The translations under genes and the position numbers were made by a program. Below are positions 7,178-15,175 of a DNA stretch of 32,000 nucleotides, piece by piece; the first letter of the stretch is position 1; each line of letters opens with the position of its first letter. Source of the stretch: Mucisphaera calidilacus (GTDB lineage: Bacteria > Planctomycetota > Phycisphaerae > Phycisphaerales > Phycisphaeraceae). Below the pieces are notes generated by a model. It did no database searches. It was not told where the DNA came from and was given only the letters and a program-made list of their open reading frames with translations. The stretch lies in the NCBI RefSeq assembly GCF_007748075.1, contig NZ_CP036280.1:2850001-2882000 (forward strand), read 5' to 3'.

Positions 7178-8212
7178 ATGCGGTATGCTCCGATCATGAT
7201 TGAGCGCATCAACGAGTTGGAGCAGCGAGCCACCTTGGACCTCGAAGCGGTCAGCGACGCGGAGTCCCTGGAACAATTCCGCATCCAGTACCTTGGTGCC
7301 AAGGGCGAACTCAAGGCCCTCATGGGACTTATGAAAGAAGTCCCAGGCGATCAGAAACGGGCCTTCGGTCAGGGTGCCAACGCCCTCAAGCAGAAAGTCC
7401 AGCAGGCCTACGACGAACGCAAGGCCAGCCTCGGCAGCAACGCCAAACCCAGCGGGCCCATCATCGACATCACCGAACCGCCCGCTCCCCCGCAACGAGG
7501 ACGCCAGCACGTCATCACCCAGACCGTCTCGGAGCTGACTTCCATCTTCGGCCGAATGGGCTTCGACGTCGCGACCGGACCCGAGGTCGAGGACGACTAC
7601 CACAACTTCGTCGCGCTCAACATCCCCGACGAACACCCGGCCCGTGACCCCGCCGACAACTTCTATCTCGACGTCCCTGGCGGCCACAAGGGTCAGCCCG
7701 GCGGCCCCGCCCTGCTCCGCTCGCAGACCTCGACCGTGCAGATCCGCGTCATGGAGAAGGCCCAGCCGCCGCTGCGCATCATCTCCCCGGGCCGCGTCTA
7801 CCGCCCCGACGAGCACGACGCCACCCACTACTCCATGTTTCACCAGATCGAGGGCCTCTATGTTGACAAAGGCGTCACGATGGTCGACCTCAAGACCACG
7901 CTGGTCCAGTTCGCTCAGGCCTTCTGGGGACCCGACGCCGACATCAAGCTCGTCCCCTCCTACTTCCCCTTCACCGAGCCCTCCGCCGAGTTGTACGTCA
8001 AGATCGACCTCGGCAAGGGCGTCGAATGGATGGAGGTCGGCGGCTGCGGCATGGTCGATCCCGCCGTCTTCGAGCACGTCGGCTACGACCCCGAGCAGTG
8101 GACCGGCTTCGCCTTCGGCCTGGGCATCGAACGCCTGGCCATGCGCAAGCACCAGATCCCCGACATCCGCCTGCTCTTCGAGAACGACGTGCGCTTCCTC
8201 AGGCAGTTCTGA
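7178..8212 (+). CDS. pheS: Phenylalanine--tRNA ligase alpha subunit
   Basis: 344 aa. Motifs: HPARD, FPFTEPSAE, GCGMVDPAVF, GFAFGLGIERLAM (class II aaRS PheS). An alternative start at ATG 7196 (MIERINELE) is possible. Confidence 0.9.
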   Translation: MRYAPIMIERINELEQRATLDLEAVSDAESLEQFRIQYLGAKGELKALMGLMKEVPGDQKRAFGQGANALKQKVQQAYDERKASLGSNAKPSGPIIDITEPPAPPQRGRQHVITQTVSELTSIFGRMGFDVATGPEVEDDYHNFVALNIPDEHPARDPADNFYLDVPGGHKGQPGGPALLRSQTSTVQIRVMEKAQPPLRIISPGRVYRPDEHDATHYSMFHQIEGLYVDKGVTMVDLKTTLVQFAQAFWGPDADIKLVPSYFPFTEPSAELYVKIDLGKGVEWMEVGGCGMVDPAVFEHVGYDPEQWTGFAFGLGIERLAMRKHQIPDIRLLFENDVRFLRQF

Positions 8213-8250
8213 GGCTCCGATCCAACCGTGATACCCGAAAGGCCCGCGTG

Positions 8251-9555
8251 ATGATGCCGTGCTCAACCAGCGTTCTTCGATCCCTGGCTGTTCTGCTGCT
8301 CACAGGTGTCGCCGGCTGCCACGCCGCCGCGCCCGCTGACCAACAGCCCGTCACCAAGCCCGAACCCGTTGCCACCCGAGCCACGGCAGCCGAGCCGGTG
8401 ATACTCGGCATCGACACGCTCGAAGCCGACAACTTCGCCCTGCTCCGCGGCAAACGCGTCGGCATCGTCGCCAACCCCGCCTCGGTCAACCGCGAGCTGC
8501 GCAGCACCGTCGACGTCCTGCACCAGAATCAGGACAAGGGCGGCTACCAGCTCGTCGCGCTCTACGGGCCCGAGCACGGCGTCTGGGGCGACGTCTACGC
8601 CGGCGACAAGATCGAGAACCAGGACGACCCCCGCACCGGACTCCCGGTCTTTTCCCTCTACGGCAAGACACGCAAGCCCACGCCCGAGATGCTCGAATCC
8701 ATCGACATCCTCCTCTTCGACCTGCAGGACATCGGCTCACGCTCCTACACCTACATCTCGACCATGAGCGTCTGCCTCGAAGCCTGCGCCGAGAACGGCA
8801 AGCAGTTCGCGGTCCTCGACCGACCCAACCCCCTCGGCGGAGAACGCATCGAGGGCACCATGGTCGAAGAAGGCTTCTACTCCTTCATCAGCCACCTCGA
8901 CGTCCCGTACCTCCATGGCATGACCATGGGCGAACTGGCCCAACTCGAACGCGACAAGCTGGCTCCCGACTACGAGGGACTCACCGTCGTGCCGATGTCC
9001 GGCTGGAAACGCTCGATGGTCTGGGAGGACACAGGCCTCAAGTGGGTCCCCACCTCGCCGCACGTACCCTTCGCCAGCAGCACCTACGCCTACGCCGCCA
9101 CGGGCGTCATCGGCGAACTCATGGTGCTCTCCAACGGCGTCGGCTACACCCTGCCCTTCGAAGTCGTGGGCGACACCGGCGTCGACGCCGACCAACTCGC
9201 CGACCACATGCGGGCCACGCCCCTGGCCATCGAGGGCGTTACCTACCGCCCCGCACGCTTCCGCCCCTTCTACGCCACCCACAAGGGCGAGGTCCTGGGC
9301 GGCGTGCAGGTCTATCTCGACCCCCGAGCCGACTCGCTCTACGAGGTCAACTTCCTGCTCCTCGACGCGCTCGACGCCAAAACCCAGCTCTCCGAAGGCA
9401 GCAAGCGGCACGGCATGTTCGACAAAGCCAACGGCACCGACGACGTCCGCCTCTGGATCGAGCAAGGCAAACCCCTCGCCGAACTCTTTGCCCAGTGGCG
9501 TGAGACGAGCGAGCGGTTCAGAGAAACGCGCAAACCCTTCCTGCTCTACGATTGA
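8251..9555 (+). CDS. DUF1343 family protein (exo-beta-N-acetylmuramidase NamZ-like), predicted lipoprotein
   Basis: I chose ATG 8251: MMPCSTSVLRSLAVLLLTGVAGC has a signal peptide and a lipobox (VAGC). The body has GIVANPASVN, ALYGPEHGVWGD and DILLFDLQDIGSRSYTYISTM, typical of DUF1343. The track ORF starting at 8026 overlaps the end of pheS and adds an Arg-rich extension. Confidence 0.8.
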   Translation: MMPCSTSVLRSLAVLLLTGVAGCHAAAPADQQPVTKPEPVATRATAAEPVILGIDTLEADNFALLRGKRVGIVANPASVNRELRSTVDVLHQNQDKGGYQLVALYGPEHGVWGDVYAGDKIENQDDPRTGLPVFSLYGKTRKPTPEMLESIDILLFDLQDIGSRSYTYISTMSVCLEACAENGKQFAVLDRPNPLGGERIEGTMVEEGFYSFISHLDVPYLHGMTMGELAQLERDKLAPDYEGLTVVPMSGWKRSMVWEDTGLKWVPTSPHVPFASSTYAYAATGVIGELMVLSNGVGYTLPFEVVGDTGVDADQLADHMRATPLAIEGVTYRPARFRPFYATHKGEVLGGVQVYLDPRADSLYEVNFLLLDALDAKTQLSEGSKRHGMFDKANGTDDVRLWIEQGKPLAELFAQWRETSERFRETRKPFLLYD

Positions 9556-9627
9556 TCCCCAACAGGTCGATTAGGATGGTCACCTCGAAGGGATCTCAGC
9601 GGGCAACGGCCCGTCTGTGAGGCTGCC

Positions 9628-10728
9628 ATGAGACACAATCGCTGGATACCGAGCGCCCTGATCCTCAGCCTGGCCACCGGCCTGCTGCTCGGATCGTGGT
9701 GGAGTTCTCTCGCCGGCCCCGCCATCGCTCAGGAGAACGCCACGCCCGATCAGGGATACCTCACCAGCGACGAGCAGCGGACCATCGAGGTCTTCGAACG
9801 CTCCCGTGAGGCCGTGGTCTTCATCAACACGCTCGGCCGACGCAGGGACATCTTCAGCCGACGCGTCTTCGAGGTCCGCGAAGGCTCCGGCTCCGGCTTC
9901 TTCTGGGACAACCAGGGACACATCGTCACCAACTACCACGTCCTGCACAACGCCACCGGCGCCGAGATCATTCTCGACGACCAGACCCGCGTACGCGCTC
10001 AACTCGTTGGCGTCTCACGCAGCCACGATCTGGCCGTTCTCAAGATCGACGATCCCGACATCAACCGCGAAGCGCTGCCTCACGGCGACTCGGCCCGGAT
10101 CCGCGTCGGACAGACCGTGCTGGCGATCGGCAACCCCTTCGGCCTCGACCACACGCTCACGCGTGGCGTCGTCTCTGCCCTCAACCGCGAGATCAAGGCC
10201 CTCAACGGCCGCACCATCGGAGGCGTCATCCAGACCGACGCGGCGGTCAACCCGGGCAGCTCAGGCGGCCCGCTCCTCGATTCCTCCGGACGCGTCATCG
10301 GCGTCAACACCGCTATCCTCTCCCCGGCCGGCACCTCGGCGGGCATCGCCTTCGCCGTGCCCATGGCCACGGTCCAACGGGTCGTCCCCCAACTCATCGA
10401 GAGCGGCAACTACACCCCGCCACGCATGGGCGTCCGCTTCCACGACCCGACCAGCCAGGCCACCCTCAGCCGACTCGGCCTCCAGGGCGCCCTCATCATC
10501 GAGGTCGAACCCGGATCCCCCGCCGAGAAGGCCGGGCTCCGAGGCACGACACGTAAATTCCTCGGGGGGATCAACCTCGGCGACGTGATCCTCGCCGTCG
10601 ACGGCCAGTCTGTCCGCGACAGCAACGACCTGCTCCAGATCCTCGAAACCAAAGCCCCGGGCGACACGATTCACCTCACCATCTGGCGCAACGAAACACG
10701 CATCGCCGTCGAGGTCACGCTCAAGTAA
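9628..10728 (+). CDS. HtrA/DegP-type periplasmic serine protease with one PDZ domain
   Basis: Signal peptide MRHNRWIPSALILSLATGLLLG. Triad contexts: TNYHVL, HDLAVLKI, NPGSSGGPLLD. Also GNPFGLDHTLTRGVVSAL. The C-terminal PDZ-like region contains GALIIEVEPGSPAEKAGLR...GDVILAVDG. Confidence 0.9.
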   Translation: MRHNRWIPSALILSLATGLLLGSWWSSLAGPAIAQENATPDQGYLTSDEQRTIEVFERSREAVVFINTLGRRRDIFSRRVFEVREGSGSGFFWDNQGHIVTNYHVLHNATGAEIILDDQTRVRAQLVGVSRSHDLAVLKIDDPDINREALPHGDSARIRVGQTVLAIGNPFGLDHTLTRGVVSALNREIKALNGRTIGGVIQTDAAVNPGSSGGPLLDSSGRVIGVNTAILSPAGTSAGIAFAVPMATVQRVVPQLIESGNYTPPRMGVRFHDPTSQATLSRLGLQGALIIEVEPGSPAEKAGLRGTTRKFLGGINLGDVILAVDGQSVRDSNDLLQILETKAPGDTIHLTIWRNETRIAVEVTLK

Positions 10729-11463
10729 TCAGGCCTTGTGCCAACTCACGCGGCTCGCGACGTCCGACCAGTTCACCACCTGCCACCAGTTCTTGATGTA
10801 TTCCTTCCTGCGATTCTGATACCGCAGGTAGTAGGCGTGCTCCCAGACGTCCAGCACCAGCACCGGCGTGATCCCCCACGTCGTCAGCTTCTGCTGATTC
10901 TCACCCTGCACCACAATCAGCTTCCCGGAGGTCGCGTCGTGACCGAGGATGCCCCAGCCCGATCCCTCGACCGCACCCGCCGCCGCGGAAAAATGCTCCT
11001 TGAACTTCGTGACCGAACCAAAATCAGTCTCGATCTTGTCGCGTAACGCGCCCTCCGGCTCGCCGCCGCCGCCCTGGCTTGGCGGCGCCATGTTGGACCA
11101 GAAGATCGTGTGCAGCGTATGCCCGCCGCCATTAAACGAAACCTTGCGCGACCAGTGCTGCACCATCGCGTAGTCGCCCGACTCGCGCGCTTCGGCAAGC
11201 TTCGCGAGCGCTCCATTTAGACCTCGCACGTAGCCGGCGTGATGAAGATCGTGGTGCAGCCGCATCGTCTGCTCGTCAATCGCTGCGTCCAGAGCGTTGT
11301 AGGCGTAAGGCAGGGGCGGCAGCACATACTGCCCCGAGCGGCTGTCGTAGCCGGGCATCTCCGCGGCTTGCTCATGGTGCGCGGCTCGGGCTACGCCCGC
11401 CGCCGAAGCCATCGCCGTTCCCGCCACCGCTGCCATCGTCCCGATCATCGCGCGTCGATCCAT
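10729..11463 (-). CDS. Fe/Mn-family superoxide dismutase with an N-terminal twin-arginine (Tat)-like signal
   Basis: SOD motifs: LPPLPYAYNALDAAIDEQTMRLHHDLHHAGYV and DVWEHAYYLRYQNRRKEYI. The N-terminus MDRRAMIGTMAAVAGTAMASAAGVARA has an RR motif, a hydrophobic core and an AxA site. AGGAG lies upstream of the ATG. Confidence 0.9.
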   Translation of the reverse strand: MDRRAMIGTMAAVAGTAMASAAGVARAAHHEQAAEMPGYDSRSGQYVLPPLPYAYNALDAAIDEQTMRLHHDLHHAGYVRGLNGALAKLAEARESGDYAMVQHWSRKVSFNGGGHTLHTIFWSNMAPPSQGGGGEPEGALRDKIETDFGSVTKFKEHFSAAAGAVEGSGWGILGHDATSGKLIVVQGENQQKLTTWGITPVLVLDVWEHAYYLRYQNRRKEYIKNWWQVVNWSDVASRVSWHKA

Positions 11464-11549
11464 GGTCGTCTCCTAGATATCCAATTCCACATATTCAACA
11501 GTCCCAGAAACAGTCTATGCGCGCACGATCGACCACGCGTTAAAAAACT

Positions 11550-12452
11550 TCATACCGAGATCGCGTTGAGCGGCATGATCTGCTGCTCGTACAAATCCAC
11601 ATCGGCTGGCTCAGCGAGATCAATCGGCAGACACACACCATGCGCATGATCCGAGGCCAGCACCAGAATCCGCCGACCCTCGCGGTACCAGCCCATCTCC
11701 GCCTTCTGATGACCCAGCAGGAACACCCGCGCGTCCCAGCAGGCCGCCAACCGGTCGGCCAACGCATCATCGTGTCGACGCCCCCACACCAGCAGGTGCG
11801 CCGAACCACCCGACGACAGATCATCCTCGCTGGGCACACGCTTGATCACATCCGGATCAAACGTGTCCAGCCGCCTCGGCCAGGGCAGACTGTGCGCTGC
11901 GAATAACCCGTTCGGTGCCTTGACCGCCAACAGCAGGCTCCGCAGATAACTCCGGGCCGCCTCGAGCACCTCGCCAGCCTGCCCGCCGTAGATCATCTCT
12001 GCCCCCAGTTCGAACGCCTCGGTGAGATCCGTCCCCGACTTGCTCACCGAATCCCCCAGCAACTGAGCCAGCTCGTGGTTCGACTGCAACACGTGCACCC
12101 GCCCGGGATAACGCGTCACCAAACGAGCGACACGGGCCAGCATCCGGATCGACAGATCACGACCGTTGACCAGGTTCGGGCCGTGTATCACCTCATGAAG
12201 GATCAAATGCGTATCGCTTTGCCGGTCAAGAGCCGAATATTTGATGATTCGCGCAAAATTCAGCGCATTGTCGTGCAGATCGCCCGTCATGATCAGCCGC
12301 CCGTGGTCGGGCAGGTGCACGGTTGCCCCGTAACGCGTCGGATTCTCGTTCAGCACCCCCGCCGCGTCCTCGAACACCTCGGCACAAGCGCCCGGGTCGC
12401 GGTCATCGAAATCTCCCAGGTGCTGCTGAATGGGGTCGGCGGTGTCGGGCAT
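11550..12452 (-). CDS. Divergent metallophosphoesterase (PPP/calcineurin-like fold)
   Basis: 300 aa. IMTGDLHDN matches the GDxH motif and LQSNHE matches the GNHE-like motif. The second motif (GDxxDR) is replaced by LILHEVIHGP, so the family assignment is tentative. Confidence 0.55.
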   Translation of the reverse strand: MPDTADPIQQHLGDFDDRDPGACAEVFEDAAGVLNENPTRYGATVHLPDHGRLIMTGDLHDNALNFARIIKYSALDRQSDTHLILHEVIHGPNLVNGRDLSIRMLARVARLVTRYPGRVHVLQSNHELAQLLGDSVSKSGTDLTEAFELGAEMIYGGQAGEVLEAARSYLRSLLLAVKAPNGLFAAHSLPWPRRLDTFDPDVIKRVPSEDDLSSGGSAHLLVWGRRHDDALADRLAACWDARVFLLGHQKAEMGWYREGRRILVLASDHAHGVCLPIDLAEPADVDLYEQQIMPLNAISV

Positions 12453-12483
12453 CCCGATAAGATGGGGGCTGCCGCCGGGTAAG

Positions 12484-12509
12484 GCAAACCAGCAAGTCGT
12501 TGCACCGTC
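12484..12509 (+). promoter_or_regulatory. Candidate ECF-type (autoregulated) promoter
   Basis: GCAAAC (12484-12489), a 16-nt spacer, then CGTC (12506-12509), 46 nt upstream of the sigma-factor ATG. This fits the generic ECF pattern AAC-N16/17-CGT. Confidence 0.3.
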
Positions 12510-12554
12510 TGCAATAACCCGGCAGCACCGACGTTCTACCGGCAGGCCCGACGC

Positions 12555-13169
12555 ATGAGACCCACACCCGACGCCCAGCCTGTCGATGATTGCCTGCGAC
12601 GCGCGTCGGCGGGTGACGACGGTGCGTGGCGTCAGATCGTCGAGACCTACAGCAGGCGAGTCTACGGGCTGCTCTACAAGCAGTGCCGCGACCGCGAACT
12701 CGCCGAGGAACTCACACAGGAGACGTTTGTCAAGATGGTGCGGGCCGTGACGAAATCAGATGGCTACCAGGAACGCGGACGCTTCGAGTCCTGGCTCTTC
12801 CGCATCGCCATGAACGGCCTGCGTGACGAGATGCGCCGCCGACAGCGACAAGCCGTTGGCCGAGGCAACAACCCGGCCGATGAAGCCGGCCCGGATCCGA
12901 TCGTCGCGCTCGCCGACACCAGCACCCCCGATCCGCTCGACAACATGACCCATCAGGAACAACTCGCGAGCCTCAGAGACTGCATGCAACGCCTCAACGA
13001 CGCGGACCGCGAGGTCCTGCACCTCCGGCACACGGCCGGCCTGAGCTTTCAGCAGATCGCCGAGGCACTCGAAAAACCGCTCGGCACCGTCCTGGCGCGA
13101 GCACACCGCGCCACGGGCAAACTACGCAAGATGATGACCGAAGGCCTCAACGAGGTAGATGCGGCATGA
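12555..13169 (+). CDS. ECF-family RNA polymerase sigma-70 factor
   Basis: Region 2: YSRRVYGLLYKQCRDRELAEELTQETFVKM and ESWLFRIAMNGLRDEMRRRQR. Region 4 helix-turn-helix: LHLRHTAGLSFQQIAEALEKPLGTVLARAHRATGKLRKMM. Confidence 0.9.
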   Translation: MRPTPDAQPVDDCLRRASAGDDGAWRQIVETYSRRVYGLLYKQCRDRELAEELTQETFVKMVRAVTKSDGYQERGRFESWLFRIAMNGLRDEMRRRQRQAVGRGNNPADEAGPDPIVALADTSTPDPLDNMTHQEQLASLRDCMQRLNDADREVLHLRHTAGLSFQQIAEALEKPLGTVLARAHRATGKLRKMMTEGLNEVDAA

Positions 13170-13675
13170 CACACCAGCACCCCCCCAACGATCCGAAACT
13201 CGAAGCCCTCCTCGACGAAGCCTTGCACGCCGACGAGACCCCCGCGGACCTCACCGACCGCATTATGCAGGCGTCCACGCCCGTCCTTGATCAGCGCCGC
13301 AGCACACCCGTCGTCGCAGGACGCATCCGGCCCGCCGCGTGGGGCTGGCACCTGGCCCGCGCCGCCGCGGCCCTCGCCCTCGTCGCCTTCGTCGGCTGGG
13401 CCTTGATCACCACCGAGACCACGACCGAAACACCCATCGCCGCCACCACCACCGCCGAGGAGATCGACGCGATCTTCGCCCAACTCGCGACCAGCGACAC
13501 GTTCACCCGCACCAGCTTCAGCGAGCAACTCGACGACCGGATCGATACGCTCAAGGCCGAGATCGCCCTGGCCGAAACCCAGCAGGTCGACATCATCCTG
13601 GGCGAGAACGCCGAGAGCGCCCTGATGCAGATCGAGTGGCAGGGCTTCGTAGAAGACACCCGCAACCTCTTCTGA
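13166..13675 (+). CDS. Putative anti-sigma factor (single-pass membrane protein)
   Basis: Its ATG overlaps the sigma-factor stop (ATGA at 13166-13169). It has a short cytoplasmic N-terminus (DLTDRIMQAS), one TM helix (AAAALALVAFVGWALI) and an acidic extracytoplasmic tail. No zf-HC2 Cys/His motif, so the call rests on position and topology only. Confidence 0.55.
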   Translation: MTHQHPPNDPKLEALLDEALHADETPADLTDRIMQASTPVLDQRRSTPVVAGRIRPAAWGWHLARAAAALALVAFVGWALITTETTTETPIAATTTAEEIDAIFAQLATSDTFTRTSFSEQLDDRIDTLKAEIALAETQQVDIILGENAESALMQIEWQGFVEDTRNLF

Positions 13676-13682
13676 GTAATCC

Positions 13683-14420
13683 ATGATGACCACGACAACC
13701 CCAGCACGATTCCACCTCGTCGGCCCGCTCATCGCCCTGCTTGTGATCGCCACCACCGCCCCGCTGCTCGCACAGCCCGACGAAGGGCCCCAGCGACGCG
13801 ACGACCGCCCCATGCACAACCAGCGTGAGGGCCGAGGCGAAGGCCGGGGCATGCCCCGCTTCCTCGCGCCCCCGCCACGCGACGACCGCGGCGGGCCCTG
13901 GGAACGCATGTCCGCCGAGGAAGCCCGCGAGTTCATCGACGCCGCCATGGAGATCGTGGGCGAACTCGACCCCGATGCGGTTCAACGGATGCGCTACATG
14001 GCCGAGCGGAACCCGCACATGCTGCTGGAGATCATGCGCCGCCGTTTCCCCCGTCTCGAAGCCCTCATGGAACTGCGTGAGACCAACCCCGAACTCTTCC
14101 AACTCCGAATCCAGGACTTCAAGCTCAACGCACGCACCATGATGCAGGCCAAACGCATCCGCGAACTCGAAGAAAACCTCGCCGACCCCGCCGAGATCGA
14201 ACGACAGGAAACCGACCTTCGTGAAGCGATCGCCGAGCACTTCGAGGTAAGGCAGAAAATCCGTGAGATCGAGCTGAAAGACCTCGAGACCGAGATCGAA
14301 CGGCTCACCCGGCAAGTCACCAGGCTGCGCGAAGAGATCGATAGCCGCACCACCGACCCCGAGGGCATCATCGATGGCAGGCTCAACGACCTGCTCGACC
14401 GCGACCAGACCAACTTCTGA
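13683..14420 (+). CDS. Secreted, highly charged coiled-coil protein of unknown function (third gene of the ECF unit)
   Basis: Starts 7 nt after the anti-sigma stop. Signal peptide FHLVGPLIALLVIATTAPLLAQP. The rest is Arg/Glu-rich helical sequence (ELFQLRIQDFKLNARTMMQAKRIRELEENL..., IELKDLETEIERLTRQVTRLREEI). Confidence 0.6.
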   Translation: MMTTTTPARFHLVGPLIALLVIATTAPLLAQPDEGPQRRDDRPMHNQREGRGEGRGMPRFLAPPPRDDRGGPWERMSAEEAREFIDAAMEIVGELDPDAVQRMRYMAERNPHMLLEIMRRRFPRLEALMELRETNPELFQLRIQDFKLNARTMMQAKRIRELEENLADPAEIERQETDLREAIAEHFEVRQKIREIELKDLETEIERLTRQVTRLREEIDSRTTDPEGIIDGRLNDLLDRDQTNF

Positions 14421-14431
14421 ATCAGATCAAG

Positions 14432-15082
14432 TCAGACAGCCAGCACCGCATCGGCCGCCAGCAGCGGGTCGCGCAGCCCCGCGGCCTCGAACGACGCCTT
14501 GCGTCGTGCACAACCCTGACACGCACCGCAGGGCACACGCCCTTTCCGCAGGCACGACCACGCGTGCGTCCAGTCCACGCCCAGCTGCTCGCCGAGCCGC
14601 ACCACCTGCTCCGGCTTCAGATCGCTCAGAGGCGTCTCGATCGCCGGCGGTGACTTCGTATAGCTCCGTGCCAGACCGTCGATCATCAGAACCGTGTTGG
14701 TGACCGCGATCGACGCCTCCGCGTCCCCTCGGCCCGAGACCGGCCAGATCACGCGATCGGCTCCGTAGCTCAACGCGTGACTCATCGCGGCGATCAGCAG
14801 CTGCGGGGCCAGCAACGACTCGGGCGGCACCCGGTTCGGGTCCAAAGCCGCCGACCGCTCCAGCAGATGACGCATCTCAATCCGATGCACCCGCGCCGAC
14901 GCCAGGTCCTGAGCCTGCACCTTGGCGTGACGCGCCCGCAGGCCGACGTTCTCACGGCCGTCATCGGCGTGCAGCAGCGTCATCCGCAGCGTCGCCGTCT
15001 GAGCGTCGTTCTGGGCCAGCGTCGCAGCAACCAGCGAAGCAACCCCCCCGCCACAGAGAACAATCGTGTGCGCACGCTCCAT
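14432..15082 (-). CDS. QueC-like (7-cyano-7-deazaguanine synthase family) protein with a degenerate PP-loop
   Basis: Collinear with QueC. It keeps ETPL and the C-terminal Zn site WSCLRKGRVPCGACQGCARRK (C-x8-C-x2-C-x2-C). The N-terminal SGGxDS is CGGGVAS (IVLCGGGVASLVAATL). I chose the start at ATG 15082 (MERAHTIVL); a GTG at 15148 is the longest alternative. Confidence 0.65.
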   Translation of the reverse strand: MERAHTIVLCGGGVASLVAATLAQNDAQTATLRMTLLHADDGRENVGLRARHAKVQAQDLASARVHRIEMRHLLERSAALDPNRVPPESLLAPQLLIAAMSHALSYGADRVIWPVSGRGDAEASIAVTNTVLMIDGLARSYTKSPPAIETPLSDLKPEQVVRLGEQLGVDWTHAWSCLRKGRVPCGACQGCARRKASFEAAGLRDPLLAADAVLAV

Positions 15083-15175
15083 GCACCGATCATCGGCCAA
15101 CCGGGCTATCGGACCCGAAAACCAGCCCGCCTCCCTGCTAGGATGCACCGCACTTCAGACAGGAGACCCAAGCTG

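Noticed and set aside
8026-8250. 5' extensions of track ORFs: 8026 for the DUF1343 gene, 3448 for protein B, 3322 for protein A, 14777 for the GATase, 17154 for the RLP, 30413 for RibBA, 23354 for ABC-B, 27141 for protein E
   Set aside because: The extensions are Arg/Pro-rich and overlap neighbouring genes. They precede internal start codons that have SD-like motifs and are immediately followed by signal peptides or conserved N-termini.
7097-8266. 389-aa minus-strand ORF antisense to pheS
   Set aside because: The pheS frame carries unmistakable class II aaRS motifs. The antisense translation is low-complexity (G/V/D/L/A-rich).
14432-15082. Calling the QueC-like gene part of a Qat or CBASS-type defence system
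   Set aside because: None of the obligatory partner genes is adjacent, and the neighbours are housekeeping-type enzymes.
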